In this document: positions 29,465-38,934 of the stretch, one piece after another
Numbering within the stretch: position 1 is the first letter of the stretch
Layout: the number at the start of each line of letters is the position of its first letter
DNA from: Thermodesulfobacteriota bacterium
GTDB taxonomy: Bacteria; Desulfobacterota_D; UBA1144; Nemesobacterales; UBA2774
Assembly (NCBI GenBank): GCA_965216785.1
Contig: OZ244197.1
Location: 832,001 to 896,000, forward strand
Direction of reading: 5' to 3'
Length of the DNA: 64,000 bases
Notes under the pieces: generated by a model
What the model saw: only the letters and a program-made list of their open reading frames with translations
What the model was told of the DNA's origin: nothing
The model's database searches: none
Program-made: the position numbers and the translations under genes

Positions 29465-29899
29465 CTATTCCGGCAGCACTTCTCCTGAGCCACCGGCCTC
29501 CTTAGGCAGATCCTTAAACTTGGTTAAGCCGTCTTTAATGTGCAGCACCGTCTCCTGATAATGAACGTGCGCTTGAGGAGTAAACGGAAACCCTGGAATC
29601 ATAGCGGGATATACGTCAAAAAGTCCCATTGCCCGATGATCGGTAAAGATATGGCCCCCGCAGGTCTTACACCATTTCCGGTAGCTTTGAGGAGTTTTGT
29701 TGTAAGTGCCGATATTATCCTCGCCTTTTGTAATCTGGACCGCTCCGGGTATCCACAGCGTATACTCGGTAACAGGGCATGCCGACCAGTGGCGGCAAGA
29801 CTCGCAGTGGCAATAACCCATCGCTATAGACTCACCACTTACTGTAAGCTCGACCGCTCCGCAAAAGCAGCTTCCTGAATAAATTTTCTCATCGCTCAT
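29465..29899 (-). CDS. GFA/CENP-V family zinc protein
   Basis: GSCFCGAV, CHCESCR, WCKTCG. Confidence 0.88.
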   Translation of the reverse strand: MSDEKIYSGSCFCGAVELTVSGESIAMGYCHCESCRHWSACPVTEYTLWIPGAVQITKGEDNIGTYNKTPQSYRKWCKTCGGHIFTDHRAMGLFDVYPAMIPGFPFTPQAHVHYQETVLHIKDGLTKFKDLPKEAGGSGEVLPE

Positions 29900-29951
29900 A
29901 ACCTAGCTCCTTATTTATTCTCATATATGGCGCAGTAAATTAGGCTAATTA

Positions 29952-30779
29952 TTATACCACGCCCCTATCGAGCGAGCGGTACTGTATAGCTTCGGATATA
30001 TGGTTTGACTTGACGTTGTCCGAGTCCTCAAGGTCGGCAATGGTTCGGGCTACTTTTAATATTCTGTCATAAGCCCTTGCGCTGAGGCCCAGCTTATCTA
30101 TCGCGGTCTCGAGCAGCTTACTGCCGGTGTCATTTGGTTTTGCGTATTTTTTCACCTGCGTTGGGCTCATCTGCGAGTTTGAATGTATCGGAGAGCCCTT
30201 GAAGCGCATCATCTGTATCTCCCTCGCTCTGTTTACCCGGTCCTTAATATCTGAGGATGTCTCGCCTCCCGCCTCGTCCGAAAGCTCCTTATATCTAACA
30301 GGCGGCACCTCTACGTGAATATCAATCCTATCCAGAAGCGGCCCGGAGACCTTGGAGCGGTATTTGTGTATCTGAAGAGGGTTGCACGAGCATTCCTTCT
30401 GCGGGTCCCCATGGTACCCGCACGGGCAGGGGTTCATAGCGGCAACGAGCATAAAGCTTGCGGGATATGTGAGCGACGTGACGGCTCTTGATATCGTGAC
30501 CATCCCGTCCTCAAGGGGCTGGCGCATAACTTCAAGTACGTTCTTTTTAAACTCGGGGAGCTCGTCCAGAAACAGCACGCCGTTGTGCGCGAGGCTCACC
30601 TCCCCTGGTTTTGGAATCGCGCCCCCGCCGATAAGTCCCGCGTCGCTCACCGTGTGGTGAGGCGAGCGATAAGGTCTCGTAGCGTAGAGTGACGAATGAC
30701 TAGGCAGGAGCCCGGTCACGGAGTATATCTTGGTTGTCTCGAGTGCCTCTTCAAATGTCATGTCCGGCAGTATCGTGGG
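29952..30779 (-). pseudogene. comM: comM (YifB Mg-chelatase-like ATPase), 3' half, split by island insertion
   Basis: [57 protein letters not shown]; the frame extends upstream as PTILPD to the junction. Confidence 0.95.
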
Positions 30780-32442
30780 TACTATTCTGATTTAAATTAG
30801 TAATTTTTCCTTCATCAATAAACCTCTGCAAAATCTCTGGATTCCAATTTAGTTTGAATTTAATTTTAGGACCTCCAGGTCCGTCTATCTCATTGTCCTC
30901 CTGATAATCTATAACAACTTTATCCTTAAGCATAGATTCAACCAGTATTTTTTTGTCGTTTCCGTTCAATTTCTTTATTTGCTTTGCTAGTTTTCTTAAT
31001 TCTTTTTTGTTATTGAGTAAAAAATCAGTAATATCGTTCTGTCTGTCAATTATGGATATGAGTTCTTCATATTGTGATTTAGTCTCATGTAACATGCCTT
31101 TAAGCTCCATTATTTCATCCTGGTTATTGCGTAATTTATCTTTTAGCTCGTTGATGTTTAAGTCATCATCCTCCATACATTTAAAAATGTTACTTCTAGC
31201 TCTATTCTTTTTATTTAACTCATTTTCCAACCTGTCCATTGTTTCCTTTAACTGATCCACTTTACTCTTCTGTTTTTCTGAATCAAACAAGAATTTGAAA
31301 GCGATGTCAGGATTTAATGAAAAATTTACCAAGATGTCAGCCCAAATTGCGTTTTCAATAGGCTTAGTTTTAATAAAAGGTAAACTGCACTTCTTCTTTC
31401 GTCCTGACGCAAGTAAGTTCTTTTTACTTGTACCAGCCCAATAACAAACATAATAACGGGGTACTGAACCATCTTTTCTAACATTACCTACTCTTGGTTT
31501 TACTCTACCACCGCATCTTCCACAAATTAGAACATCGCGTATTGTTAAGTCTTCTGTTTTAGTAGAACGTTTAGATTTACGTTTATTAAATTCTGTCTGT
31601 TTTTGTATAAGGTCCCATTGATTTTTAGAGATCAATGGTATTATTGGATAACTTATATGTTCGGAGCTAGGTTTTCTTTTTTTTGTTCTTTTCGTACCTA
31701 CACCTCTAGCACTATCTTCATACAAATATTGATTAACCACGTAATTTCCATAATATGCTGGATTTTTTAGCACATAGCCTATTGTTGTGCCGCTCCAAAA
31801 TGCACGTTTACATTTGATCCCTTGCTCTTTGAGCTTAATACTTATGTCCTGAAATGACATTTTTTGATTCAAGTACATATCAACAAGCAAATGATAGACT
31901 TTTGCTTCTTCTTTATTAATTTCTAGTTTTTGTGTTTCTTTATTCCAGTAATAGGCAAACGGAGTTCTGCCATTAAAAATGCGTAGTTCTCTCCACCTCA
32001 CCATCTTGCTCTCATTCATTTGTTCCCTTATAGTGTCACGTTCCAATTCAGCAAATGATGCTAAAATTGTTGCCATCGCTTTTCCAGTATTTGTAGTTGG
32101 GTCGAAGTTTTCTTTTATACTTACAATTGATATTCCGTGCTCTTGAAGTTCATGAAATAGGTTCAAGTATTCTCTAGTATTGCGTGCAAATCTTGATAAC
32201 CTTGTGAATATTACAACTTCAAACTTTCCTTGCTTAGCATCCTCAATCAATTTTTTAAAATCAGTTCGATGCTCAATTTTAGCACCTGACATACCTTCGT
32301 CAGAATATATTTTTTTCAATTCCCAACCTTTGTTCTTAGCAAATTCAGTTATCTGCTCTCTTTGTGTTGAAAGACTTTCACCTTCTTTTACTTGTTTGCT
32401 AGTGGATACCCTTGTATAGCCAACTACTTTCTTTATATGCAT
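30751..32442 (-). CDS. Large serine recombinase (integrase)
   Basis: Catalytic YTRVST, DEGMSG, SRFAR; recombinase domain; Zn ribbon CGRCG..YYVC..C; coiled coil; ORF reads through the att junction. Confidence 0.95.
   Translation of the reverse strand: MHIKKVVGYTRVSTSKQVKEGESLSTQREQITEFAKNKGWELKKIYSDEGMSGAKIEHRTDFKKLIEDAKQGKFEVVIFTRLSRFARNTREYLNLFHELQEHGISIVSIKENFDPTTNTGKAMATILASFAELERDTIREQMNESKMVRWRELRIFNGRTPFAYYWNKETQKLEINKEEAKVYHLLVDMYLNQKMSFQDISIKLKEQGIKCKRAFWSGTTIGYVLKNPAYYGNYVVNQYLYEDSARGVGTKRTKKRKPSSEHISYPIIPLISKNQWDLIQKQTEFNKRKSKRSTKTEDLTIRDVLICGRCGGRVKPRVGNVRKDGSVPRYYVCYWAGTSKKNLLASGRKKKCSLPFIKTKPIENAIWADILVNFSLNPDIAFKFLFDSEKQKSKVDQLKETMDRLENELNKKNRARSNIFKCMEDDDLNINELKDKLRNNQDEIMELKGMLHETKSQYEELISIIDRQNDITDFLLNNKKELRKLAKQIKKLNGNDKKILVESMLKDKVVIDYQEDNEIDGPGGPKIKFKLNWNPEILQRFIDEGKITNLNQNSTHDTAGHDI
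30762..30795. other. att junction, integrase-proximal: comM arm / GG core / element arm
   Basis: Core GG 30778-30779 followed by TACTATTCTGAT 30780-30791, the inverted copy of the arm at 62952-62963. Confidence 0.9.
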
Positions 32443-32832
32443 ATAATATCTTCCTCTATTGCATGGGATTGGTTTTACTCACCAAAAATAAAAAACCAAT
32501 CGACCTGACAATGCTACAATTAGCAGCACCTATCTTATTATACCGATGTGGTGGACTTTTTACGGGGAGTTATTTTTCGGGAAAATCTTGAAAGTTTATA
32601 ATACTTCAATAATAACAAGCAGATACAAGGGCAAAAATTTTTTCTGGATTCCCATTTTCGGATGGCAATATGTCAGCATACAACACTATTTGATATAAAA
32701 TGTAGATTTTCTATATAATAATGAAGTATTCAAGAGACAAAACAAGAAAAAGTTATCCCTTCATTAGTAAAATAAAGCTCAGACGTAAATCTATGCTTAG
32801 TCGCTAAGGATTAGTATTTATTATTTGCAGTA

Positions 32833-32909
32833 ACTTTTAATAGGGCATAACGCTTTACGGTCGGATCACAATACCACTCAATTCTATCCTTTTTTGCTAG
32901 CGTTAAGAA
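32833..32909 (+). repeat. Repeat site A (putative recombination site)
   Basis: GGGCATAA-CGCTTTACG-N7-CACAATACCACTC with downstream homology to site B (CTAGCRTTAAGAA). Confidence 0.6.
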
Positions 32910-33002
32910 TATATCTATAAAAACACAAACTGATGATACTCAGAAGGCGAATATGTAGTCGAAGATATCCGCCTCCTTTATGCTTAACTATAAATACTAC
33001 TA

Positions 33003-34436
33003 TCACCTGACTTTTTCGACATCTGGAAGTGTCCAGGTTTTATCGAACAGCGCCTTCTCAGGCCCATAAAGACGGAAGATTAAAAAGAAGTCCTCGCCTG
33101 TAGGTAGCCAGTTTGATTCCATTCCCTCAGGCGCCTTTGGTCCAAAATATATATCAATTGTCCCATCCTCATTCTGCTTTAGATCAGCTTTTTGGACTGA
33201 ACCTAGTCCGACCTTGCTTGCATTATTAATGAAGCCTTTGGTTTTCATGCTATAGACGATAGCTGACCAGAATTGGGCTGCAGGCACATCTTTTGGGACC
33301 TTAAGACGATAGAGAGAAGATCCGTCAAACAGCTCGCCTGATTTGTCTCGCAGACCCATTAGATAGAAACTCCCTTTTCCTAAACGTTTTGGCAAGAAGG
33401 TAGCCCAGAAGTATATCCCTCCTGCCCGCTTATCCAGTAACAACTCGTCCTTAGTTACCATCGGAAACCCTGCTTCAACTTGTGCTTTAGGGAAATTTGG
33501 TGCTTGCCATTTAACATCTGACCACCAATTTACAAGTGATTTGCCAGGTGTTGTGAAGTAACTCTGCATCAAATCATAACCAAGTGTGATAGACTGCTCC
33601 AGAGCTTTTTTTGTTTCTTCATCAGGCTTAAACTCTGTACCTTTTTGAATTCCAATAGTTGGCAGCATACCCATCATTACCAGATCTTTCTCCTGAACTG
33701 GTTCTTCGTTAACAACAGTGGCTAGGTCCTCAAAGAAGCTGATATCGTATTGTGGGAGAGTGTTCCATGTTTTGGGAAATGCATTTATATAGCGGGTTGG
33801 CTCAGGATTCTCCGCCTCTGATAGTGGATAGGCCTTAAGTTTCTTGGCATATGTTACAGCCTCTTCAAGTGTACCTCCGTTAACTGCAACTGGGCGAAGT
33901 CCAACATACAAATTGAATGTCTTGGGCCTTTGGACCAGATATCCTTCAGGCACCTCTCCCTCGTAATCCGGAGGTAAAAAGAGATACTTGCCGCCTTTAC
34001 CCTTATCATCTCCTTCAGGTCCGACATCTGTCACAGGCACTTGCCATGCATCAATGACGCTTCCGAAATAGATAACCTTTTCTGATGCGGGTGGGACCTC
34101 AAGTATTACAGGGCCGTCCTTGGTGTTTAACACCGAAATTACATAGGGCACGTCGTTATTAGCAGTGAGAAATCCGTGTCTCGAAACCATAGGCTCAGAG
34201 AAATAAATGATATCGTTGAATGTAAAACCTAGCTGAGCTTCTGCGCTTTTTCGTAAATCCATCATGCTTACAGCCGGCATACCCCAGATAACAGCCTGTG
34301 TGCCGCGCTGGACAGCTTGCTTGTGCTCAAGCGATTCATCAGCTCCGTTTTGTGCCTGAGCCCGTCCCAGCTCCACAACTAGCATTATTGCTAAAATCAA
34401 AGTGAGACATGTAACCATCTGTGCTAATTTTTTCAT
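33003..34436 (-). CDS. Secreted DUF1254/DUF1214 protein
   Basis: Signal peptide; LTANNDVPY, GPVILEVP, DKGKGGKYLFLPP, FWSAIVY, NWLPT..FRLYGP. Confidence 0.88.
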   Translation of the reverse strand: MKKLAQMVTCLTLILAIMLVVELGRAQAQNGADESLEHKQAVQRGTQAVIWGMPAVSMMDLRKSAEAQLGFTFNDIIYFSEPMVSRHGFLTANNDVPYVISVLNTKDGPVILEVPPASEKVIYFGSVIDAWQVPVTDVGPEGDDKGKGGKYLFLPPDYEGEVPEGYLVQRPKTFNLYVGLRPVAVNGGTLEEAVTYAKKLKAYPLSEAENPEPTRYINAFPKTWNTLPQYDISFFEDLATVVNEEPVQEKDLVMMGMLPTIGIQKGTEFKPDEETKKALEQSITLGYDLMQSYFTTPGKSLVNWWSDVKWQAPNFPKAQVEAGFPMVTKDELLLDKRAGGIYFWATFLPKRLGKGSFYLMGLRDKSGELFDGSSLYRLKVPKDVPAAQFWSAIVYSMKTKGFINNASKVGLGSVQKADLKQNEDGTIDIYFGPKAPEGMESNWLPTGEDFFLIFRLYGPEKALFDKTWTLPDVEKVR

Positions 34437-34632
34437 TGTTGCTCTCCATGTATAAATTGATAAGCGAAATCATACCTAAAAGTTTAGTCTGATACTATTT
34501 AATATTATAAGTTTCGTGGTCTTAAGAAGAAGTAAAGCAACTGATTAAATGCAAATTCAATTTTATGACATAAAGGCGAAATTGAGCTCCATTTTTTTAC
34601 TATCTGCTGGTAATAACCAAATAAAGACAGCA

Positions 34633-34711
34633 ACTTAAACTAGAGTGCATCACCCTTACGTTATGCCCACAATACCACTCTTTTATACACCTTCTTAACT
34701 AGCATTAAGAA
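34633..34711 (+). repeat. Repeat site B
   Basis: ACTTAAACTAGAG-TGCATCA-CCCTTACG-TTATGCC-CACAATACCACTC. Confidence 0.7.
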
Positions 34712-34973
34712 CACATATAGACACGGAAACCGTACTTGACAAAAGAGGTATAGTACAGAAATACAAACTGAACAATTGGGTTGTATATTACAACAGGAAT
34801 TACCTTCACTCGGCTCTTGGGTTCCGCACAACAGTTCAGGCAGAAGTGGAGTATCAAAAGAATACAGATGGAAATCTGTTAAATGCTGCTTGACAAAGAA
34901 GTTCATTATTATTTGGTATTTTTCCCGACTGTATTATATTTCTTCTTTATATCTCGTTTTAAAGGAGGAGTAA

Positions 34974-35885
34974 ATGAGACTAGTCCTATTGATAATATCT
35001 TCATTATTACTGTCTGTGGGTGTTTCAAATGCTCAGGATGTGGAATTGTTTAGTGTCGCAAGGAATGAATGTGTTGAGGGAATCCCCCCACTTGGTAGTT
35101 CACTTTTTAGAGTTGACCCGGATACTGCAGAAACTGAAATTATAGGTCCTATCGGTTTTGGTGGTGTAACTGGTTTGGCATTTCTGCGGGGACGTATACT
35201 AGTGGGTAGCTCTAGTGGAGGAGTTGATCCTAGAACCGCCACTCTTATAAGGATTAATCCTGAAACTGGGCAAGGGTCAATAATAGGTGTAATAGGTAAC
35301 GAATCTGTAGATGGAGAATGCGGTAGAGCTCCTGATCTAACTTATGAAGCAGCTACTAACACTTTATTTGCGTCAGGTGATGTTTGTGATGGGGGTGACT
35401 CTTTACAAACCGTAAATCCAATCACAGGTCAGGGTACAGTTATTGGAAACTTTGACGGTGGCATTGGCAGTCCGGGAAATGGACTTGCAATAAGTGATAC
35501 CGGTGTACTATTCCATTCAGGTAGTGGTGTACTGTCCAACATTAATCGCAATACTGGTGAGGGGACATTTATTGCCAATCTTACGCTTGTTGGCAGGGTT
35601 TTTGTAAATGCACTTGCTTTCCATCCGGTTACTGGAGAGCTTTACGGAACTACAGTGGATTTATCAGATCCTCCAACTGAAAGATCATCTGCTCTTGTAA
35701 AGATAAACACAGAAACAGGTGTAACTACTGTAGTCGGGGACTTACCTAACTGTTCCGATGGTCTGATATTTTTTCAACAACCCGAACCCATCCCGACCCT
35801 ATCCGAATGGGGACTTATAGCCATGGCGGGTGTGCTGGGAATAATAGGTCTACTAGCTCTCCGAAGAAGAAAGGTAACAGCTTAA
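34974..35885 (+). CDS. Secreted beta-propeller-like protein with IPTL-CTERM sorting signal
   Basis: Signal peptide; repeated (I/V)(N/D)PxTG..IG units; C-terminal IPTLSEWGLIAMAGVLGIIGLLALRRRK. Confidence 0.85.
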   Translation: MRLVLLIISSLLLSVGVSNAQDVELFSVARNECVEGIPPLGSSLFRVDPDTAETEIIGPIGFGGVTGLAFLRGRILVGSSSGGVDPRTATLIRINPETGQGSIIGVIGNESVDGECGRAPDLTYEAATNTLFASGDVCDGGDSLQTVNPITGQGTVIGNFDGGIGSPGNGLAISDTGVLFHSGSGVLSNINRNTGEGTFIANLTLVGRVFVNALAFHPVTGELYGTTVDLSDPPTERSSALVKINTETGVTTVVGDLPNCSDGLIFFQQPEPIPTLSEWGLIAMAGVLGIIGLLALRRRKVTA

Positions 35886-35921
35886 TCAGAGACTAACTGA
35901 TACAGTAAATTAATACACTAA

Positions 35922-35944
35922 GGGGAGCTTTTATACTGCTCCCC
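35922..35944 (+). terminator. Hairpin after IPTL-CTERM gene 1
   Basis: GGGGAGC-N9-GCTCCCC. Confidence 0.55.
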
Positions 35945-36005
35945 ATTAAGAAGTAAGTATAGTTAAGTTGGTAAATTATCCGTAATACACAGTGGGAGAG
36001 CAGCC

Positions 36006-36179
36006 ATGAAACGAAGAAGATGGGACTCTAAAACCAAGACTAAGATAGTACTCGAAGGTTTATCTGGCAGACCCGTAACAGAGATTTGCAACGAGTACGG
36101 AATACATCAGAACCAATACTACCTCTGGCGTGACAAGTTTTTATCTGATGCTCATAACGCTCCTCCTTATTTCTTTTAA
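36006..36179 (+). pseudogene. Truncated IS3-family OrfA-like transposase fragment
   Basis: MKRRRWDSKTKTKIVLEGLSGRPVTEICNEYGIHQNQYYLWRDKFL HTH_Tnp_1-like sequence, ending abruptly; no OrfB follows. Confidence 0.75.
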
Positions 36180-36187
36180 TAATGGTG

Positions 36188-37123
36188 CTATTCAAATTCC
36201 ACCGGAGATTGTGGTTTGGTATTTACGCGAAGTTTAAATATGTCAGGGCGTGAATAATGGCCTACCACGTCAAGTGCTCGTTTTGCCTTAGCTGCACTGT
36301 TACAGTCAACATCATAATAGATAACCCCTTCTTCTTTTCGCATAGGGCCAACAACTATATCACCACCCGGGCCGATAACAATAGAATCACCTTGGTTTAT
36401 CCATTCGTTATTATCAGGGTATAGCGTGGATTTCTCAGGGAAATCATTTGGGATATCTTTGCCCTTCATAACATTACCACAACCCACTACCCAGCAACAG
36501 CCTTCTCGTGCGATGTGTTGTAAGGTTCCAATCCACGCATCTCCACTATCATATGTTGGTGCAATATATATCTCTACACCCTGTGAATAGAGTGCGTACC
36601 TTGCCAATGGCATGTAATTTTCCCAGCATATTAGTGTTCCTATTCGTCCAACAGGAGTATCAACAACTTTTAAACCAGAGGCATCACCAAACCCCCAAAT
36701 CATCCTTTCCGGATTGGTAGGCATCAATTTGCGATGCCTATTTAACAGTGACCCATCAGAGCCAATAACAATGGTAGTGTTATAAATAGTTGCACGACTT
36801 AGGTTACTGTCCCTTTCGTCCATACCACATACAACTGTTACATTACATTTTCGAGCAGCTTCATAGAGGACTGATAAGTCGTCACTTTTCAAACTAACGG
36901 CATTTTCCAAGAGCCTAGAGTATAGTTCTTCTGATAATTTCCCATCTTTCCCCGGCCTTAAACGCCATATCCACGCTGGATAACCAGGGATAAAAGCTTC
37001 TGTGAATATTACAAGTTCAGCGCCTTTAGAGGCCGCCTCATTAACTGAATTAACAGCACTAGCTATTGTTTCTTCCTTATTCAAGAATACAGGTGCTTTT
37101 TGAACAATTGCTAACCTAGCCAT
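36188..37123 (-). CDS. Nitrilase (carbon-nitrogen hydrolase family)
   Basis: Catalytic E (FTEAFIPGYP), K (HRKLMPT) and C (ICWENYMP); DVVGHYSRPD. Confidence 0.92.
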   Translation of the reverse strand: MARLAIVQKAPVFLNKEETIASAVNSVNEAASKGAELVIFTEAFIPGYPAWIWRLRPGKDGKLSEELYSRLLENAVSLKSDDLSVLYEAARKCNVTVVCGMDERDSNLSRATIYNTTIVIGSDGSLLNRHRKLMPTNPERMIWGFGDASGLKVVDTPVGRIGTLICWENYMPLARYALYSQGVEIYIAPTYDSGDAWIGTLQHIAREGCCWVVGCGNVMKGKDIPNDFPEKSTLYPDNNEWINQGDSIVIGPGGDIVVGPMRKEEGVIYYDVDCNSAAKAKRALDVVGHYSRPDIFKLRVNTKPQSPVEFE

Positions 37124-37274
37124 TGTTGATACTCTCCTCCCTTTTTAATCTAAGTCTGGTTAATATACATAACCCTGTTAATGTTTGTACAGTATGGGCA
37201 TTGTCTCTTACCCCTTGGGGGGCATCGGCTCCCTTTTGTGTTTGCAACCATTCCACCTTAAACCAAGCTTGACA

Positions 37275-37307
37275 AAAGGGGTGCAGTACAGTTACTTGCA
37301 CCCCTTT
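37275..37307. terminator. Bidirectional-looking hairpin at the end of the B-C module
   Basis: AAAGGGGTGCA-N11-TGCACCCCTTT. Confidence 0.55.
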
Positions 37308-37385
37308 AACGGGACTATAGAATAAGTTAGATTTTTAACAGGAAAAGGAACGATAGCACTCTCATTAAAGTCAACAATCACTGGG

Positions 37386-37449
37386 ACTTAATATAGAGCC
37401 GAACAGGCTTACGTTATGTTTACAAAACCACTCATTTTTACCCCTTCTT
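37386..37449 (+). repeat. Repeat site C
   Basis: ACTTAATATAGAG-CCGAACA-GGCTTACG-TTATGTT-TACAAAACCACTCATT. Confidence 0.7.
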
Positions 37450-37681
37450 CTCCATTGTTCTGCTGCAGCTCTGAAATACTAAATGAGTTTCCTAGAGATC
37501 GTAGGTTCAGGTTTTTATCACTACAATTCAAATTAAGCGCTTTATACTGCTCCCCATTAAGAATCTAGTAGGATTAAGATATTTAAAGAGTGCTTGACCG
37601 AAGAATAGCGGACAACTATTAGTTTCTTTCTACTTATAGTATAATAAAGCCCACAATTTCTTATTTAGGAGGACAGAGCAG

Positions 37682-38743
37682 ATGGCAAATAAGCTGAGCA
37701 AAATACCTGGTTGTAAGGTTATCTGTAAACTGCTGGTTGTTATCGCTGTGCTTGCGGGAACCTTGCTGGCGACCCAGGGTGCGATGGCAGCCGTAAAGAA
37801 GGTCTACTGGACTGACCGTAACAACGGGACGCTTTCGGTAACGGATGTTATCAACGGCCAGACCCAAGTCTTGGCGCAAAACTTTTCACGTCTCCAGGAC
37901 GTCGATCTTGACACTAACACGGGCATTCTGTATTTCGCCGATTGGGGACCCGTTGGTCCGCCTGGAAACGAGGGTTCGATAAATCGGGTTAACAGTGACG
38001 GGACCGGTCTTGCAACCGTGTTTAATACGGGGGACGCGGTGCACCAGCTAGCGTTGGATCAGGCCTATCAACTCATCTACTTCACAAGGGCGGTAAGCTA
38101 CGATGGCCGCGAGGTTTCCGTCGTGGATTATACTGGCGGTAACTACACGATCTTACTCACAGGAGCTGGTGGCGGGCCGGGATGGTTCTACTCGGGTCTT
38201 GCCGTAGACCTCGGGAACAACTTGCTCTACTGGGGCGACCCCGGCGTCATGTCAGGTCCCCCGGACGGTTCAGTGAACAGGATGACCACCGCCGGGGTGG
38301 CGCAAACTCAGCTAACACCCCACGTCGACGGGCGAGGTCGGGGCTACGCGCTCGATCCGGTTACCCAGACAATCTTCTTAACCTCACACGATTTCCAGTC
38401 GCCTGGGACAGGGGGGGCGCTCTTCTCCTATGACATTGGGAACAACATTGAGACGCTTCTCATAAACGATCCCAACACCGGTTACTGGGACATCGAAATC
38501 GACCCGATCAGTCAGCGAATCTGGTGGACCGATTACGGGCGCGGGGAGATCCGAAGTGCCAGGTTCGACGGCTCTGATGTGCGGGTTGAGCTGTCCAACT
38601 TGACGAACCCCTACGGACTGGCACTGGAGCTTATCCAGCCTACCCCCACCCCCACTTTATCCGAATGGGGACTTATAGCCATGGCAGGAGTTTTGGGGAT
38701 AATAGGCTTACTGGCTCTACGAAAAAGAAAGGTAACAGCTTAA
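37682..38743 (+). CDS. Secreted YWTD/LDL-receptor-like beta-propeller with IPTL-CTERM signal
   Basis: VYWTD, LYFAD, LYWGD and IWWTD repeats; C-terminal PTLSEWGLIAMAGVLGIIGLLALRKRK. Confidence 0.88.
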   Translation: MANKLSKIPGCKVICKLLVVIAVLAGTLLATQGAMAAVKKVYWTDRNNGTLSVTDVINGQTQVLAQNFSRLQDVDLDTNTGILYFADWGPVGPPGNEGSINRVNSDGTGLATVFNTGDAVHQLALDQAYQLIYFTRAVSYDGREVSVVDYTGGNYTILLTGAGGGPGWFYSGLAVDLGNNLLYWGDPGVMSGPPDGSVNRMTTAGVAQTQLTPHVDGRGRGYALDPVTQTIFLTSHDFQSPGTGGALFSYDIGNNIETLLINDPNTGYWDIEIDPISQRIWWTDYGRGEIRSARFDGSDVRVELSNLTNPYGLALELIQPTPTPTLSEWGLIAMAGVLGIIGLLALRKRKVTA

Positions 38744-38780
38744 CAAGAGACTAACTGTAACAGTAAAATTGAATACCAAA

Positions 38781-38803
38781 GGGAGCTACGGCTCCCCTTT
38801 TTT
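38781..38803 (+). terminator. Rho-independent terminator after IPTL-CTERM gene 2
   Basis: GGGAGC-TACG-GCTCCC followed by a T run. Confidence 0.8.
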
Positions 38804-38852
38804 GTTCCAAAATACTCAATAACTGTAGCTTATTAGAACACCCGGATTAAGT

Positions 38853-38891
38853 CCACATCCCGCTTACGTTATGCTCACAATACCACTCATT
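38853..38891 (+). repeat. Repeat site D, recombinase-proximal
   Basis: CCACATCC-CGCTTACG-TTATGCT-CACAATACCACTCATT, ~45 bp beyond the tyrosine recombinase stop. Confidence 0.7.
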
Positions 38892-38934
38892 ATTACAAAT
38901 TCAATTGTAACTATTGGATATTTTGCTTTATTTT

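Noticed and set aside
34645-34670. Chromosomal dif site (TTATG arm)
   Set aside because: The spacer is 8 bp rather than 6, arms match XerC/D consensus poorly, there are multiple copies, and the locus is near oriC rather than the terminus; use by host XerCD is not fully excluded
37124-37310. Riboswitch or ncRNA upstream of the nitrilase
   Set aside because: GC-rich patches and a hairpin are present, but no recognisable family consensus; an Infernal/Rfam search would be needed
32833-38891. Sites A-D as integron attC sites or a CRISPR array
   Set aside because: GTTATGC resembles an attC end, but there is no 60-140 bp imperfect palindrome, the recombinase lacks an IntI-type insertion, spacing is in kilobases and no cas genes are present
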